Assembly (NCBI GenBank): GCA_040766025.1
Contig: JAXGRH010000003.1
Span: 95,074 to 159,073 of the forward strand
DNA: 64,000 bases
Origin: Clostridia bacterium
GTDB taxonomy: Bacteria; Bacillota; Clostridia; Saccharofermentanales; DTU023
Reading direction: 5' to 3'
Shown here: piece after piece, positions 9,856 through 21,409 of the stretch
Layout: every line of letters begins with the position of its first letter
Position numbering within the stretch: the stretch's first letter is position 1
Notes under the pieces: model-generated
The model's input: the letters and a program-made list of their open reading frames with translations, nothing else
Database searches by the model: none
What the model was told of the DNA's origin: nothing
Translations under genes and position numbers: made by a program

Positions 9856-11217
9856 TCATTCAAGCTGAAACAGCGCTTCGCGGACAATTTCACACACGGT
9901 CGGGTGCGGGAAAATCGTGCGTTTCATCTCATCAAGGGTCATCTCCTGTTCGATCATGACGCCAAAAGCCAAGACCATTTCAGAGGCATAAGGCGTCAAA
10001 AGATGACAGCCGAGTAATGTCTTTTTTTCCTCATGAAGGAGCAGGCGGCAAAGGCCTGTTCCGCGCTCTGTTTCCGCCTGGTAGCGCCCGGACCAGCCCA
10101 TCGGCAGTTCGACTTCAAGGTAGGGGATAGAGGCTTCATCGAGTTCTGCTTTTGTCATTCCCACATGGGCCACCTCAGGGTCGGTGTAGATGACGGCAGG
10201 CATGGCGCGGTTCGACATCCGGTCGTCAACCCCTAAGATCTGATTCACGGCCACTTCACCCTCGCGGCTTGCGGCATGGGCCAGCATGTAGCCACCGATG
10301 ACATCGCCAATGGCGTAACAGCCCGCACAACTTGTTTCCATCTTGTCATTCACTTTAATGGCGCTGCGATTCATGTCGAGGGAAAGCGTTTCAAGGCCAA
10401 AACCGGAGGAGACGGGGCGCCGTCCGCAGGACATTAAGATGAGTTCGCCTTCGACCGTCTGTTCTTCGCCGTCTTTTTCAAAGGACACGGTATTTTTGTC
10501 GACCCTTGTGACGCGGGCCGACAAATGAAAGATCATGCCCAATTTTTCGTAGACCTGCTGGAGACGGGATCCGATTTCAAGGTCGACATTGCCCGCAATA
10601 TGATCCAGCATTTCAATGACGGTGACTTTTGAGCCGACGGCTTGGTAGTAACAGGCCATTTCAAGCCCGATCACGCCACCGCCGATGACGACGAGGCTTT
10701 CGGGGACTTCTTTTAAATCGAGTATTTCACGGTTGGTTAAGACCGTCTCACCGAGGGCTTCTTCGACGCCCGGGAGAGGGAGGATCACCGATTCAGAACC
10801 GGTCGCGATGATGAGGTTGCGACCCTGGTAGGTGACACCGTCGGCCTCCACCATGAATAAATCGCCTTCTTTACCTAAAATCGTGGCGCCTTGTTCAATG
10901 AGTTCCACGCCGGCTTCTTTCATTTGGTTTTTCACGCCCAACACCAGTTTGCGCACGACCTTGTTCTTGCGTTTTACGACGGTTGACTGGTTGTATGAAA
11001 CATTTTCAGACTTAACACCAAAGGCGTCGCTGTCGGATGCGTGCCGCAGGAGCTTAGCGGAATTCAAAAGCGCTTTTGAGGGGATACAGCCTTCGTTCAG
11101 GCAGACGCCTCCCAGCTTATTCTTTTCAAAAAGAGCGACGGACAGACCGGCTTTCCCGGCTCTTTCAGCGGCCACATAGCCGCCGGGGCCGCCCCCGATG
11201 ATCAGTAAATCGTGCAT
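9856..11217 (-). CDS. lpdA: Dihydrolipoamide dehydrogenase
   Basis: GGGPGGY, GGVCLNEGCIPSK redox disulfide, GGGVIGLE, LAHAASREG, HPTVCE. Confidence 0.95.
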   Translation of the reverse strand: MHDLLIIGGGPGGYVAAERAGKAGLSVALFEKNKLGGVCLNEGCIPSKALLNSAKLLRHASDSDAFGVKSENVSYNQSTVVKRKNKVVRKLVLGVKNQMKEAGVELIEQGATILGKEGDLFMVEADGVTYQGRNLIIATGSESVILPLPGVEEALGETVLTNREILDLKEVPESLVVIGGGVIGLEMACYYQAVGSKVTVIEMLDHIAGNVDLEIGSRLQQVYEKLGMIFHLSARVTRVDKNTVSFEKDGEEQTVEGELILMSCGRRPVSSGFGLETLSLDMNRSAIKVNDKMETSCAGCYAIGDVIGGYMLAHAASREGEVAVNQILGVDDRMSNRAMPAVIYTDPEVAHVGMTKAELDEASIPYLEVELPMGWSGRYQAETERGTGLCRLLLHEEKKTLLGCHLLTPYASEMVLAFGVMIEQEMTLDEMKRTIFPHPTVCEIVREALFQLE

Positions 11218-11284
11218 GATCGTTTCTCCTTTATGAGATCTTGTTATTTTTTATCCTAAGTCACTATACCAGAAGCCTTTGACC

Positions 11285-11319
11285 AAAAAAAACGCGCTCA
11301 TCGGTGTCGATGAGCGCGT
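11285..11319 (-). terminator. Intrinsic terminator of the first BMP-ABC operon
   Basis: 12-bp perfect stem ACGCGCTCATCG/CGATGAGCGCGT with an A run on + (U tail on minus). Confidence 0.85.
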
Positions 11320-11345
11320 GAACAGACCCATTTTGGCCAAAGGGC

Positions 11346-12320
11346 TTACCGCTCTTCGCGGAAGTAGTTCAGTCCTGTTCCGGCCGGCTGCGCGTGCTCC
11401 TTGATCTGCCGGATGCTCGTGAAAATAAGGACGAGGATCGTCGCAAAGTAGGGGAACATACGGTAGATCGGTACGGGCAATCCCTTAATGGGCAAGTACA
11501 TATACATGACCGTCAGTCCGCCGAAGATGATGGAGGCATAGATGGCGCGAAGCGGATTCCAGGTGGCAAAGATGACAAGCGCGATGGCGAGCCAGCCGTA
11601 GCCTGAGATGCAGTTGTGCACCCAGATGCCCTTCTGGTCGACCATGGACATGTACATGCCGCCTAAGCCGCACATGCCGCCTCCAATGATGGCCGCAAGG
11701 TAACGGTAGCGGGTGACATTGATGCCCGCGCTGTCCGCGGTGGCGGGGCTCTCGCCTACGGCACGCAGTGAGAGGCCTTTTCTTGTTTTTGTGAAAAACC
11801 AGCTCATAATGATGGCCAGCAGGAGTGCAAAATACACCACCCAGTTGTACTTGAAAAAGAGTGTCCCGATGACTGGGATTTCGGAGAGTTTGCCGAAGTT
11901 GATGCGTCCGTAAACGGCTTTCGTTTCCGCACCGACTGTGACATAGCCACCGGCCTTATGACCTAAGACTTCGCCGAAGAAGCGGCCAAAGCCTGTGCCG
12001 AAGATGGCGAGCGTCAAGCCTGTGACATTCTGGTTGGCGCGAAGGGATACGGTCAGGACGGCATAGATCAAGCCGCCTAAGGCGCCGCACAAAAAGGCGA
12101 AAATGATGGCGACGAGGACGGCAACAATGCCGCCGTGTCCCATCCACTGTTCGACATACCAGGCGCCCGCTAATCCGGCGATGGCCCCCATGTACATCAT
12201 GCCTTCAACCCCCAGGTTCAGGCTTCCCGATTTTTCGGTTAAAATTTCACCGCAGGACGCCAAAAGTAACGGGGTACCGGCCAACACGGCCGCGTTTAAC
12301 AGATTAATGACTGTCGTCAT
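11346..12320 (-). CDS. Nucleoside/sugar (CUT2) ABC permease 2
   Basis: GEILTEKSGSLNLGVEGMM, LRAVGESPATADSAGINV, GYGWLAIALVIF. Confidence 0.9.
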   Translation of the reverse strand: MTTVINLLNAAVLAGTPLLLASCGEILTEKSGSLNLGVEGMMYMGAIAGLAGAWYVEQWMGHGGIVAVLVAIIFAFLCGALGGLIYAVLTVSLRANQNVTGLTLAIFGTGFGRFFGEVLGHKAGGYVTVGAETKAVYGRINFGKLSEIPVIGTLFFKYNWVVYFALLLAIIMSWFFTKTRKGLSLRAVGESPATADSAGINVTRYRYLAAIIGGGMCGLGGMYMSMVDQKGIWVHNCISGYGWLAIALVIFATWNPLRAIYASIIFGGLTVMYMYLPIKGLPVPIYRMFPYFATILVLIFTSIRQIKEHAQPAGTGLNYFREER

Positions 12321-13534
12321 GCGGACACCTCCTCAACCATTTGCTCGATCTTTGTGGCGCTGCGTCTGAAGATCAGGCGGTACTCAATGAAGAATTCACT
12401 GCCCAGCATGAAGAACAAGATGATGCCAGTCAGAAGGTCTGCCGCAGAAGCGGGGATCTTCATGGTCGATTGGATGGCCAATGAGCCCTTCTTTAACATG
12501 GCTATAAAGATGGACACAGGAATCATGATGAAAGGATTCAGCTTCGCTAGCCAAGCCACGATGATGGCCGTAAAACCTACACCGCCCGCGGTGGTCTCTG
12601 TCAGGGAGTAGTCTGCGCCTGCGACTTGGAAGTAGCCTGCAAGGCCGCAGAGCGCGCCCGATATGATGAGCGTACGCATTTGGATCCAACCGGTATGCAT
12701 GCCGGCATAGCGTGCAGTATTTAGTGAGTCACCGATGACGGAGATCTCGTAACCGTGCTTGGTCTTGCTCAAATAGAAATAGGCAATGACGGCCAGTGCC
12801 AAGGCAAAAATCCATCCGATATGGACGCCCAATACTTTCGGTAGGGGTAGGTTCGGTAGGAAGTCCTTGAAGTTAATGATTTTCGGATAAGTACTCCTTG
12901 GGCTTTGCCAGCTCTTTTGAGACTGTAAAAAGATAATGTATTCAATGGCAATATAGTTCAGCATCAGGGTGAACAAGGTTTCATTTGTCCCCCACTTCGT
13001 TTTGAAAAGTGCCGGTAAAAAACCAAAGAGTGCGCCGCCGAAAATAGCCGCTGTGATCATCATCAGTTGGAGCGGGACAAAACCCATTGTGCCGCCGGCG
13101 TGGACAGCGGAGATGACAACATGCGACGAAAAAATCGCGCCCGCGAGGATCTGGCCCTCACCGCCGATGTTCCAGAATTTCATCTTAAAGGCTAATGCGA
13201 TCGCAATACCCGAGATGAGGAGGGGGACGGCGAGACGGAAGGTCTCCGCTGAGGATGTCTTCGTTCCAAAAGAACCGGTCGCCATGTTGACGTAGGCCGC
13301 AATGGGATTTTTTCCGATGACGACAAGCAAAAGTCCGCCGACGATGAGCGCCAGCAAGAAACCGATCACATAGACCATCACGCGATGACGTGTGCTGACG
13401 GTGCCGCGCTTCGCGATGCGGACGAAAGGTTCTTGAATCGAACAAACGAGGGGGTCAAAATCATCCGGAGGTGTAGGGCATTCGACGCTGTCCTCTGGAG
13501 TCAAAAGATCCTTATTTACATCATTATCTGTCAT
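12317..13534 (-). CDS. Nucleoside/sugar (CUT2) ABC permease 1
   Basis: WNIGGEGQ, NETLFTLMLNYIA, ARYAGM, GFTAIIVAWLAKLNP. Confidence 0.9.
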   Translation of the reverse strand: MTDNDVNKDLLTPEDSVECPTPPDDFDPLVCSIQEPFVRIAKRGTVSTRHRVMVYVIGFLLALIVGGLLLVVIGKNPIAAYVNMATGSFGTKTSSAETFRLAVPLLISGIAIALAFKMKFWNIGGEGQILAGAIFSSHVVISAVHAGGTMGFVPLQLMMITAAIFGGALFGFLPALFKTKWGTNETLFTLMLNYIAIEYIIFLQSQKSWQSPRSTYPKIINFKDFLPNLPLPKVLGVHIGWIFALALAVIAYFYLSKTKHGYEISVIGDSLNTARYAGMHTGWIQMRTLIISGALCGLAGYFQVAGADYSLTETTAGGVGFTAIIVAWLAKLNPFIMIPVSIFIAMLKKGSLAIQSTMKIPASAADLLTGIILFFMLGSEFFIEYRLIFRRSATKIEQMVEEVSA

Positions 13535-15104
13535 ACGGCAGAGGCTCCTTCTTTCTTTTCGACCTCATGACCGAGCATCATGAGACCGATGGCTTGTTTG
13601 GACGATCGTCTGGGATCAACGATTCCCACGACGCGCCCGCCGCTCAATACGAGGAGGCGGTCGGAGATTTCCATTAAGACGTCCAAGTCTTCCCTGATGA
13701 ACATGACGGCGACGCCTTTTTCCTTTGCTCATTCAAAAGCCGGTAAATGGCATAGGATGAGTTGATATCGAGGCCTCGTACCGGATAAGCGACGATCAAA
13801 AGGCGCGGCGCGGAATGGATTTCTCGTCCGACCAACACTTTTTGAACGTTACCGCCTGAGAGTTTCCGAATGGGCGTAAAGACGTCGGGTGTGACAATTT
13901 CAAGGTCTTCGACCAACTTCTCCGCCACACGTCTCGGAGTTTTTCGATCGACGAAAAAGCTTTTATTTTGGCGGTAGCTTTTCAGCATGACATTGTCCAC
14001 CATGTCAAGTGAAGGCACGAGCCCCATCCCTAAGCGGTCTTCGGGGACAAAGGCGAGGGCTACACCTTTTTTCCCTATTTCATTCGGCGTTTTGCCGACA
14101 AGGTTTTCTTCTACCTGAAATCCATTCACGGTGCCTTGGTAGAGTATCGCACCGCCTGCCACGGGATACAGTCCCGCGATGGCTTCACAGAGTTCGCGCT
14201 GACCGCTGCCTGAAATACCGGCGATCCCTAAAATCTCACCGCCGTAGGCTTCAAAGTTAACGTCTTCGAGTGCGCGTGTCTTATCCGGCGTCAGGCAGGA
14301 AAGAGAGGTGACGCGAAGGATCGGTTTTTTATCTCCAATTATGGGTCGATCAATCTCAAGGGATACTGAACGGCCGACCATCATGTCCGTTAAGGATTGA
14401 ACGGAGGCATCTTGGGTGGGGATCGTGTCAATGTATTCGCCTTTGCGAAGGACCGTGACGCGGTCAGAGACCTCCAGCACTTCGTTCAATTTGTGCGTGA
14501 TGAGAATGATAGACTTGTCATCCGCCTTCATCGCGCGCATGATTTCAAATAGTTTTTCTGTTTCCTGAGGGGTCAATACAGCAGTCGGTTCATCCAAGAT
14601 AAGAATGTTCGCTCCGCGGTAGAGTGCTTTGACGATTTCGACTGTTTGTTTCTCAGAGATCGACATGTCGTAGATTTTTTTATTCGGGTCGATTTGGAAT
14701 CCGTATTTATCGGCGATCTCTTTGACGTGGCGCGCTAGCGCACGGCGGTTGATCGTGGTGGCGCCGGGTAGCCCCAATACAATATTCTCCGCTGCCGAGA
14801 ACACTTCGACCAGCTTATAATGCTGATGGACCATACCGATATTGAGTGCGAACGCATCTTTGGGTTCACATATGGCGACGGGTGCGCCATTGATCCGGAC
14901 TTCCCCCAGGTCAGGGAAGTAGATCCCGGAAAGAACATTCATCAGCGTCGTCTTGCCACTGCCGTTCTCTCCTAAAAGCGATAAGATCTCGCCCTTTCTG
15001 AGTTCGAGATGAACATCTTTCAACGCCTGTACGGTGCCGAAAGATTTACAGATATGAGTCATCTCGACAATATTTTCAACGACAGGTTGTTGCAGTTCCT
15101 GCAT
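13531..15104 (-). CDS. Nucleoside ABC ATP-binding subunit with two ATPase domains; frameshift near 13715
   Basis: GENGSGKT, LDEPTAVLTPQE, LSGGNVQK, PVRGLD. The C-terminus (EISDRLLVLSGG...IGLMMLG...EGASAV*) continues in another frame and ends at an ATGA overlap at 13531-13534. Confidence 0.88.
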
Positions 15105-15150
15105 ATCTTTCCTCCGTCCGGTATAAACTTAAACTTACCGGAAATTTACA

Positions 15151-15187
15151 AATCGCCGCAATGCAAAATATTCACATTGCGGCGATT
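15151..15187 (-). terminator. Strong intra-operon hairpin after the BMP gene (partial terminator or mRNA stabiliser)
   Basis: 13-bp perfect stem AATCGCCGCAATG/CATTGCGGCGATT. Confidence 0.65.
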
Positions 15188-15248
15188 AAGATTGTAGAGA
15201 ACACATCATGTAAAGCGCTCTCTAATTAGACTCATCGATTTGCCGTTA

Positions 15249-16448
15249 TTAGCCGATCATCTCGATGCCTTCGAGGATATGATCCCAGGCAGGGGATGAT
15301 GCCGGTTCGATGTAGGTGTCGCCATCAGCGACGACTACTTCACCATCCGCGTTGACGAGCGGCCCCGTGAATACATCCCAGTCACCTGAGAGGATCTTCG
15401 CGCGCGCTTCTTCGATCGCTTCTGCGGTGCCTTCGGCGATGAGCGCTTCGTTCAACCTTGAGATATCCACCGCGCCCTCTTTCAAGCCTTCACCCCAGTC
15501 TTTCGGGATGGCTTTGCCTTCGACGTAGTTGGTGACGGCAAGTTCAAGGTAACGTGACCAGTCCCAAATAGCGGACGTCAGTGTCGCGTTCGGAGCTGCG
15601 TCGATCATGTCGGAGTTGTAGCCGACGTGGAAGATACCTTCCGCTTCCGCGGCGGTCGCCGGGGCGGTGGAGTCGCAGTGCTGTCCGAGCACGTCGCAAC
15701 CAAGTTCGATGAGGGATTTTGCGACTTGCGCTTCTTTCTGCGGGTCGTTCCAGGAGTTCGTGTTCATGACTGTCATGGTGACGTCAGGGTTGACACTCTT
15801 CGCGCCCAGGTAGAATCCTGTGAAGCCCTGGATACACTCAGCAAAGGGGAACGCGTTGACGTAGCCGAGATGATTGTTTTCCGTTTTGAGGCCGGCGGCG
15901 ATGCCGGAGAGGTAACGTGCCTGATAAATCTTGCCGAAGTAGTTGTGGGCATTCGGCATGTCACTTAACGCGCACTGGTAGCCTGTGGCGTGGCAGAATT
16001 CAATGTCGGGGAATTCCGCGGCCACAGTCATGACATAGTCTTCAAATCCAAAGCTTGTCGCAAAGATGATGTGGCAGCCTTGCTCAACAAGTTCTCTCAA
16101 AGCCGCTTCACATTCGGCGTCTTCAGGAGTGTTGAATTTGTTAATGATCTGATCATCACGAAGACCGAGTTCGCGTTGCATTTTTTCGGTTCCCTGGTTG
16201 TGGTTGTAGGTATATCCCATGTCACTTGGATCAGTGATGTGGACAAAACCGAGCTTGATGTTGTCAAGCGTCACGCCGTCGCCCGCAGGTGGCGGTGCAG
16301 GGGTTGTTTCTGATTCGCCCGGATCTTGCGATTCAACCGGTGCCGGATCTGTTTTAGTTGGCTCATCTGGCTTTTTATCGCAGGCGACGATGCTCACCGC
16401 GAGCGCGATACAAAGCAGAAGAACGATCCACTTTTTGAATTGTTGCAT
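15249..16448 (-). CDS. BMP-family nucleoside-binding lipoprotein
   Basis: Lipobox IVAC, DMGYTYNH, IIFATSFGF, YQARYLSGIAAG, GCDVLGQHCDS; ATG 16448 after GGAGGAG. Confidence 0.9.
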   Translation of the reverse strand: MQQFKKWIVLLLCIALAVSIVACDKKPDEPTKTDPAPVESQDPGESETTPAPPPAGDGVTLDNIKLGFVHITDPSDMGYTYNHNQGTEKMQRELGLRDDQIINKFNTPEDAECEAALRELVEQGCHIIFATSFGFEDYVMTVAAEFPDIEFCHATGYQCALSDMPNAHNYFGKIYQARYLSGIAAGLKTENNHLGYVNAFPFAECIQGFTGFYLGAKSVNPDVTMTVMNTNSWNDPQKEAQVAKSLIELGCDVLGQHCDSTAPATAAEAEGIFHVGYNSDMIDAAPNATLTSAIWDWSRYLELAVTNYVEGKAIPKDWGEGLKEGAVDISRLNEALIAEGTAEAIEEARAKILSGDWDVFTGPLVNADGEVVVADGDTYIEPASSPAWDHILEGIEMIG

Positions 16449-16612
16449 AGCTTTCTCCTCCAAAAGGGTTATTATGTCGTTTATGATAGCACAATTTTGA
16501 ACTAAGCAACAACTTTTTATGGGCAGAGTGTGAAGACCGAATCGCTTCCCTATGCTAAACTTGGATACAAAATGTAACCTATTTTAGGGAAAAATAAGAA
16601 GGAGATCGACTC

Positions 16613-17869
16613 ATGCCCAAAACAAAATCAAACATTCCCCATCTTCTCGGATACACCTGCACACTGTGTCATAAGCATTATCCCTACGAGGAAGAAATGC
16701 TGACCTGCCCGGCTTGCGGGGAAACGGGTATTTTGGACATTGATTATGACTACGATGTCATCGGACAGCATTTTAGCCGCGAAACACTGAAAGCCAACCA
16801 CGATAACAGCATGTGGCGCTACAAGGCACTCTTCCCTTTGGAAGATCGCGAATACTCGAGCTTTTTGCGCGTCGGCTGGACGCCGCTATACCGTTCACTT
16901 CGCTTGGGCGATGAACTGGGTTTGAAGGCGATGTACTTAAAAGACGACGGCGTGAATCCCACGGCCTCCTTGAAGGATCGTGCGAGCGGTGTGGCTGTCG
17001 CCAAAGCACTTGAACTGGGTTATGACACGATTTCCTGTTCATCCACGGGCAATGCGGCCTCCTCCTGTGCGGGGAACGCCGCGAGGGTCGGCCTTAACAC
17101 GGTGATTTTCGTGCCTGAACGAGCCCCTCAGGGCAAACTGGCCCAGATGCTCATTTTCGGGGCAAAGGTGGTGTCGGTCATCGGCGATTACCGCGAGACC
17201 TTTAACCTGTCAAAGGCCGCGATTGCCAAATACGGCTGGTACAACCGAAACGCGGGCATCAACCCTGTGATGGCGGAAGGAAAAAAGACCGTCTCCCTTG
17301 AAATCGCCGAGCAATTGAATTTTGAGCCGACGGACTGGGTCGCTGTGTCGGTCGGTGACGGCTGCACCATCGGAGGCGTGTACCTTGGTTTCCGCGACCT
17401 GTTTGAACTGGGCATGATCGATCGCATTCCGAGGATTTTGGGTGTTCAGTCAACCGGCTGTTCTCCTTTTGTCGATGCGGCCCGCGACAACGCGCCGTTG
17501 AAACCGACGCCTGAAAATACGCTCGCGGACTCGATCTCGGTGGGCGTGCCGAGAAACCCGGTGAAAGCATTGCGCGCGGTATCCGCCTCGCATGGCGCCT
17601 GGGTGGCTGTTTCGGACGAAGCGATCTTGGACGCGATGCGCGAGATGGGTCAAAAAGAAGGTGTTTTCGGTGAGCCGGCGGGTGTGACTTCTTATGCCGG
17701 CGTGAAGCAGGCCGTTGCGGATGGAATTATCAAGGGCCATGAAACAGTGACCTGTATTTGTTCCGGAAGCGGCCTCAAAGATGTGGTGAACGCGCTGAAA
17801 GCCGCGGGGGATCCGATCCGCTGTCATCCCGATCTGGAGGAGTTGGAACAGACCGACTTATTTAAATAG
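16613..17869 (+). CDS. thrC: Threonine synthase family PLP enzyme with N-terminal zinc ribbon
   Basis: CTLC...CPAC, NPTASLKDR (PLP Lys), SSTGNAASS, EGKKT, GVFGEPAG, SGSGLKD. Confidence 0.8.
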   Translation: MPKTKSNIPHLLGYTCTLCHKHYPYEEEMLTCPACGETGILDIDYDYDVIGQHFSRETLKANHDNSMWRYKALFPLEDREYSSFLRVGWTPLYRSLRLGDELGLKAMYLKDDGVNPTASLKDRASGVAVAKALELGYDTISCSSTGNAASSCAGNAARVGLNTVIFVPERAPQGKLAQMLIFGAKVVSVIGDYRETFNLSKAAIAKYGWYNRNAGINPVMAEGKKTVSLEIAEQLNFEPTDWVAVSVGDGCTIGGVYLGFRDLFELGMIDRIPRILGVQSTGCSPFVDAARDNAPLKPTPENTLADSISVGVPRNPVKALRAVSASHGAWVAVSDEAILDAMREMGQKEGVFGEPAGVTSYAGVKQAVADGIIKGHETVTCICSGSGLKDVVNALKAAGDPIRCHPDLEELEQTDLFK

Positions 17870-17908
17870 GTTAAAAAGAAAGCACTGGGCGTCAAGGAGG
17901 ATGCGCGT

Positions 17909-20312
17909 ATGAGTCAGTATGAAAAACTGGGGGTTTTCTATTTAGGAACCGAGAACAAGAACATAGACGGAACAGGTCAAGGCGATTTCATGCTGCTTGA
18001 CTCCCGCGACCTTGTGACGCACGCCGTGTGTGTGGGCATGACAGGGTCGGGCAAGACGGGCCTTGGCATTTGTCTTCTGGAAGAGGCGGCAATGGATGGG
18101 ATTCCGGCGATTATCGTCGATCCCAAAGGCGATATGGGGAACTTGCTTTTAACTTTCCCTGATTTGCTCGCCTCCGATTTTATGCCTTGGGTCCACCCGG
18201 AGGAAGCAGAGGCGGAAGGAATTTCATTAGAAGAGCTCGCTGATAAGAAAGCAAACACTTGGCGTGAAGGGCTGGCTTCCTCGATGCAGGACGGTGAGCG
18301 TATCCGCGCGATGCGTGAAAACGCTGAATTTGCGCTTTACACCCCGGGCGGTCAATTCGGCCGGCCCCTGTCGCTGGAGTCTATGTTCCAACGTCCGTCG
18401 GCGGAAGCGATGCAAGATGCGGAGCTTTTGCAGGAGATCGTATCGACCACGGCGACAAGCCTCTTGCACCTTGTGGGCATCAAGGATGCCGACCCCGTGT
18501 CGAGCCGCGAACATGTCCTTTTGTCGACCTTGATCCAGAAAGCTTGGACGGAGGGTTCCGACCTTGCGATCGCCAACCTGATCAACTGGATCAGTAAACC
18601 GCCTATTACGAAGATCGGTGTCATGGACATCGAGACTTACTTGCCCGAGAAGGATCGTTTCGCGCTTGCCTTGCGTTTCAATAACCTGATCGCGTCGCCG
18701 GCCTTTTCTGCCTTTATGGAAGGCGAACCCTTTGACATTCCTTCGCTTTTATACACAGCGGAGGGAAAACCTAAAATCTCGATCCTGACCCTGGCGCATT
18801 TGGCCGATGCGGAACGCATGTTCTTGTCACCTTGCTGTTGAACCGGATCATTGCCTGGATGCGCACCGAGCAGGAACCTCGTCCCTTCGCGCGCTTTTTC
18901 TACATGGATGAAGTGTTCGGCTATTTTCCGCCGATCGCGAATCCGCCCGCTAAAAACCGCTTTTGACGCTTTTGAAAACCGCGAGAGCCTATGGTCTCGG
19001 TATTGTTTTGGCGACACAGAATCCGGCCGACATTGACTACAAGGGTCTGTCGAACGTCGGCACTTGGTTTGTCGGACGCCTGACGACGGAGCGCGATCGC
19101 ACGCGGCTGTTAGAAGGTATGGCGGACGAGTCCGTGGAAGGCACGACGCGTGCCGAGTTAGGGCGCCTGATCGCGGGGCTGAAGCAACGGGAGTTTGTCT
19201 CGCGTTCGGTCCGGGGCGGTCAACCGACCTTATTTACCACACGCTTTTGCATGTCTTACCTGGCGGGTCCTCTGACGCGCGAGCAGATTCGCGATCTTGT
19301 AGCGGACCAAAGACCGCAAGTGAGCGTTGCGCCACCGGTGGTGGCAGCACCCGGCCTGTGGCAGAGATTCCCGCGCCGCCTGTGGTGGCAGTACCTGAAC
19401 CAGAACCTTGGCAGCGTCTTGGTGCCGCCTCCGACGCCGTCAGGCATTGTTGTGAGTTACTTGCCGGGCGTCCCGGGACAGCGCTACCAACCGGTCCTGT
19501 CCGGATTCCTTTCTGTGTTCTATGAGAACGCGAAGCTGGGTATTTCGAAGACGGAGCAGGTCACACGATTTACCTCTTTAGGGGTTCCGGTGATTCCGGT
19601 TGACTGGAATAATGTCCTCGATATGGATTACACCTTGGATGACTTTGAACAGAATCCTCCGGTGGGCGCGACCTATAGAGGAATTGCCGGCTGAGGCGAA
19701 GCTGAAGACGAGCTTTACCGCCTGGCAGCGCGCGCTTGTGGATACGGTTTGGCGCGACTCGGTGATTGAAGTGAGAGAGCAAAGAAGCCGGTCTTATCTC
19801 AGGCTTGAGGAAAGTGAGCGCGATTTTGTGGCCCGTGTGAAGATGGCGGCTCGTGAAAAACGCGATGAAGAATTCGATGTGATCGAGGCGAAATATGAGA
19901 AGAAGCGCCCCTTGCGATTGAAGAGAAGATCGCAAAGGCGGAGAGGAGCGGTGGACCGCGTGAAGGATCAGGCGAAGGATGCAAACCCAGTCCGCTATTT
20001 CCTTGGCGCCGCGGCCTTAGGGGCGGTGTTGGGCAAATCACTGCTCACGCAGTCGACGGTTATAAGTCAGCGACCGCGGCGAAGAGGCCGCGGGCGGTGA
20101 AGTCTTCGAGTAATATCGGGCGTGCGAAGAGCCGTTTGATCGTGTTGAACAGCAGCTAGAACTTCTGGAAGCTGACATGAAGAAAGATTTGGAAGCCATC
20201 AGGCGAGCGCTACGATGCGGCGGCGGACGAAATTGTGACAACAGCGGTACGTCCGCTGAAACGCGATGTCGTTGTGAATGCCTTTGTGGTGACTTGGATG
20301 CCTGAGCGCTGA
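17909..20312 (+). CDS. Large HerA-like (DUF87/DUF853-type) P-loop ATPase; several frameshifts
   Basis: THAVCVGMTGSGKTG, IIVDPKGDM, alternative-frame FYMDEVFGYFPP (Walker B), LLKTARAYGLGIVLATQNPADIDYKGLSN, C-terminal AFVVTWMPER* at 20312; AAGGAGG SD. Confidence 0.75.
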
Positions 20313-20326
20313 TTGAAGTCGGTTTC

Positions 20327-21383
20327 TCAAAATGAGTGGTCGCGGATGACGTTTCCAATGTCATCCGCGATCTTTTTTTGTGAAATTTCACCGACGGTGT
20401 TTCGATCGGTTCCGAGTATTTCGACACGTTTGGCGATTTCTTCCGAATGAAAGCGCAGGCCTACAAGGCCTTCGCTGATCTCACCGATAAAGTCGCTGTC
20501 TAATGCGTCGGAATAGATGAGCACGTCCTTGAGGGTGCCTTGCTCCACATTGAACAGTAACTCAGCCTGCCCCCAGGGGTGACGTCCTGTGTCGATTCTA
20601 AGGTCGAAATCAATCGATTTGCCGTAGCGCCAGTCCCAGGAGGCGTAGCGTGCTTCAAGTGACAGGAGTGCTTCGTCCTTTAAAAGTAACTCAGCTTTTG
20701 CTCTTTGTACTTCTAAACCATTGGCATAGTGTTTTGTGAATGAGTCGATGACGGCTTCGGATAGGGCGTCGATTGTGAGGTCTTCTTTCACTTCGATGAG
20801 GTTCACGACGCGTGAGCGGACTGACTTGATCGCTCGTGTGGAGAGTTTGGCCTTTGAGACATTCAAGTAGCGCTCTAAGCGGTTCCACGTCGGTGTCGAC
20901 CATGAGGGTTCCTGGTGCAGTGCGACGCCCCGGTGATATCGGAAGGCGTTTCCGGAGAATTTTCGTTCATTGATTAAAATGTCGTTTCTCCCGGAGCGTA
21001 CGGCGTCGATGCCGAGTTTTCGCACGGCATCCAATATGACCTGGAAGCTTTGGCCAAGGTCAAAGCGTGAGCGCGGCAGGATGATCGAGAAGTTTAAATT
21101 GCCAAGATCGTGAAACACGGCACCGCCACCGGTGCTACGCCTTGCAAGGTAACCGCCTTCTTTTTCGAGCAGTTCTGTCCGGCACTCGGCCCAGGCATTT
21201 TGGTTGCGCCCGATGACGACGGTGTGCGCGTTTTGCCATAGAAACAAGATGGCGGCGTAGCGCCTTTCGGGGCCGGGGTCACTGTCACTTGTGCACTGTC
21301 CCATGAGGCCTTTCCAGGGCAAGGTTGTTCCAGGGGTTAGTGGCCCGGGTCGTTATGATCAGGATTTTCTTCTCGTCGCTCAT
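20327..21383 (-). CDS. lplA: Lipoate-protein ligase A; frameshifts near 21310 and ~20880-20910
   Basis: TNPWNNLALE in the upstream frame, LWQNAHTVVIGRNQN, RRSTGGGAVFHDLGNLNF, GRND, KFSGNA, SVRSRVVNL, YASWDWRYG. Confidence 0.88.
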
Positions 21384-21409
21384 CGGTAATGCGTCATCCT
21401 TATCTGTTT

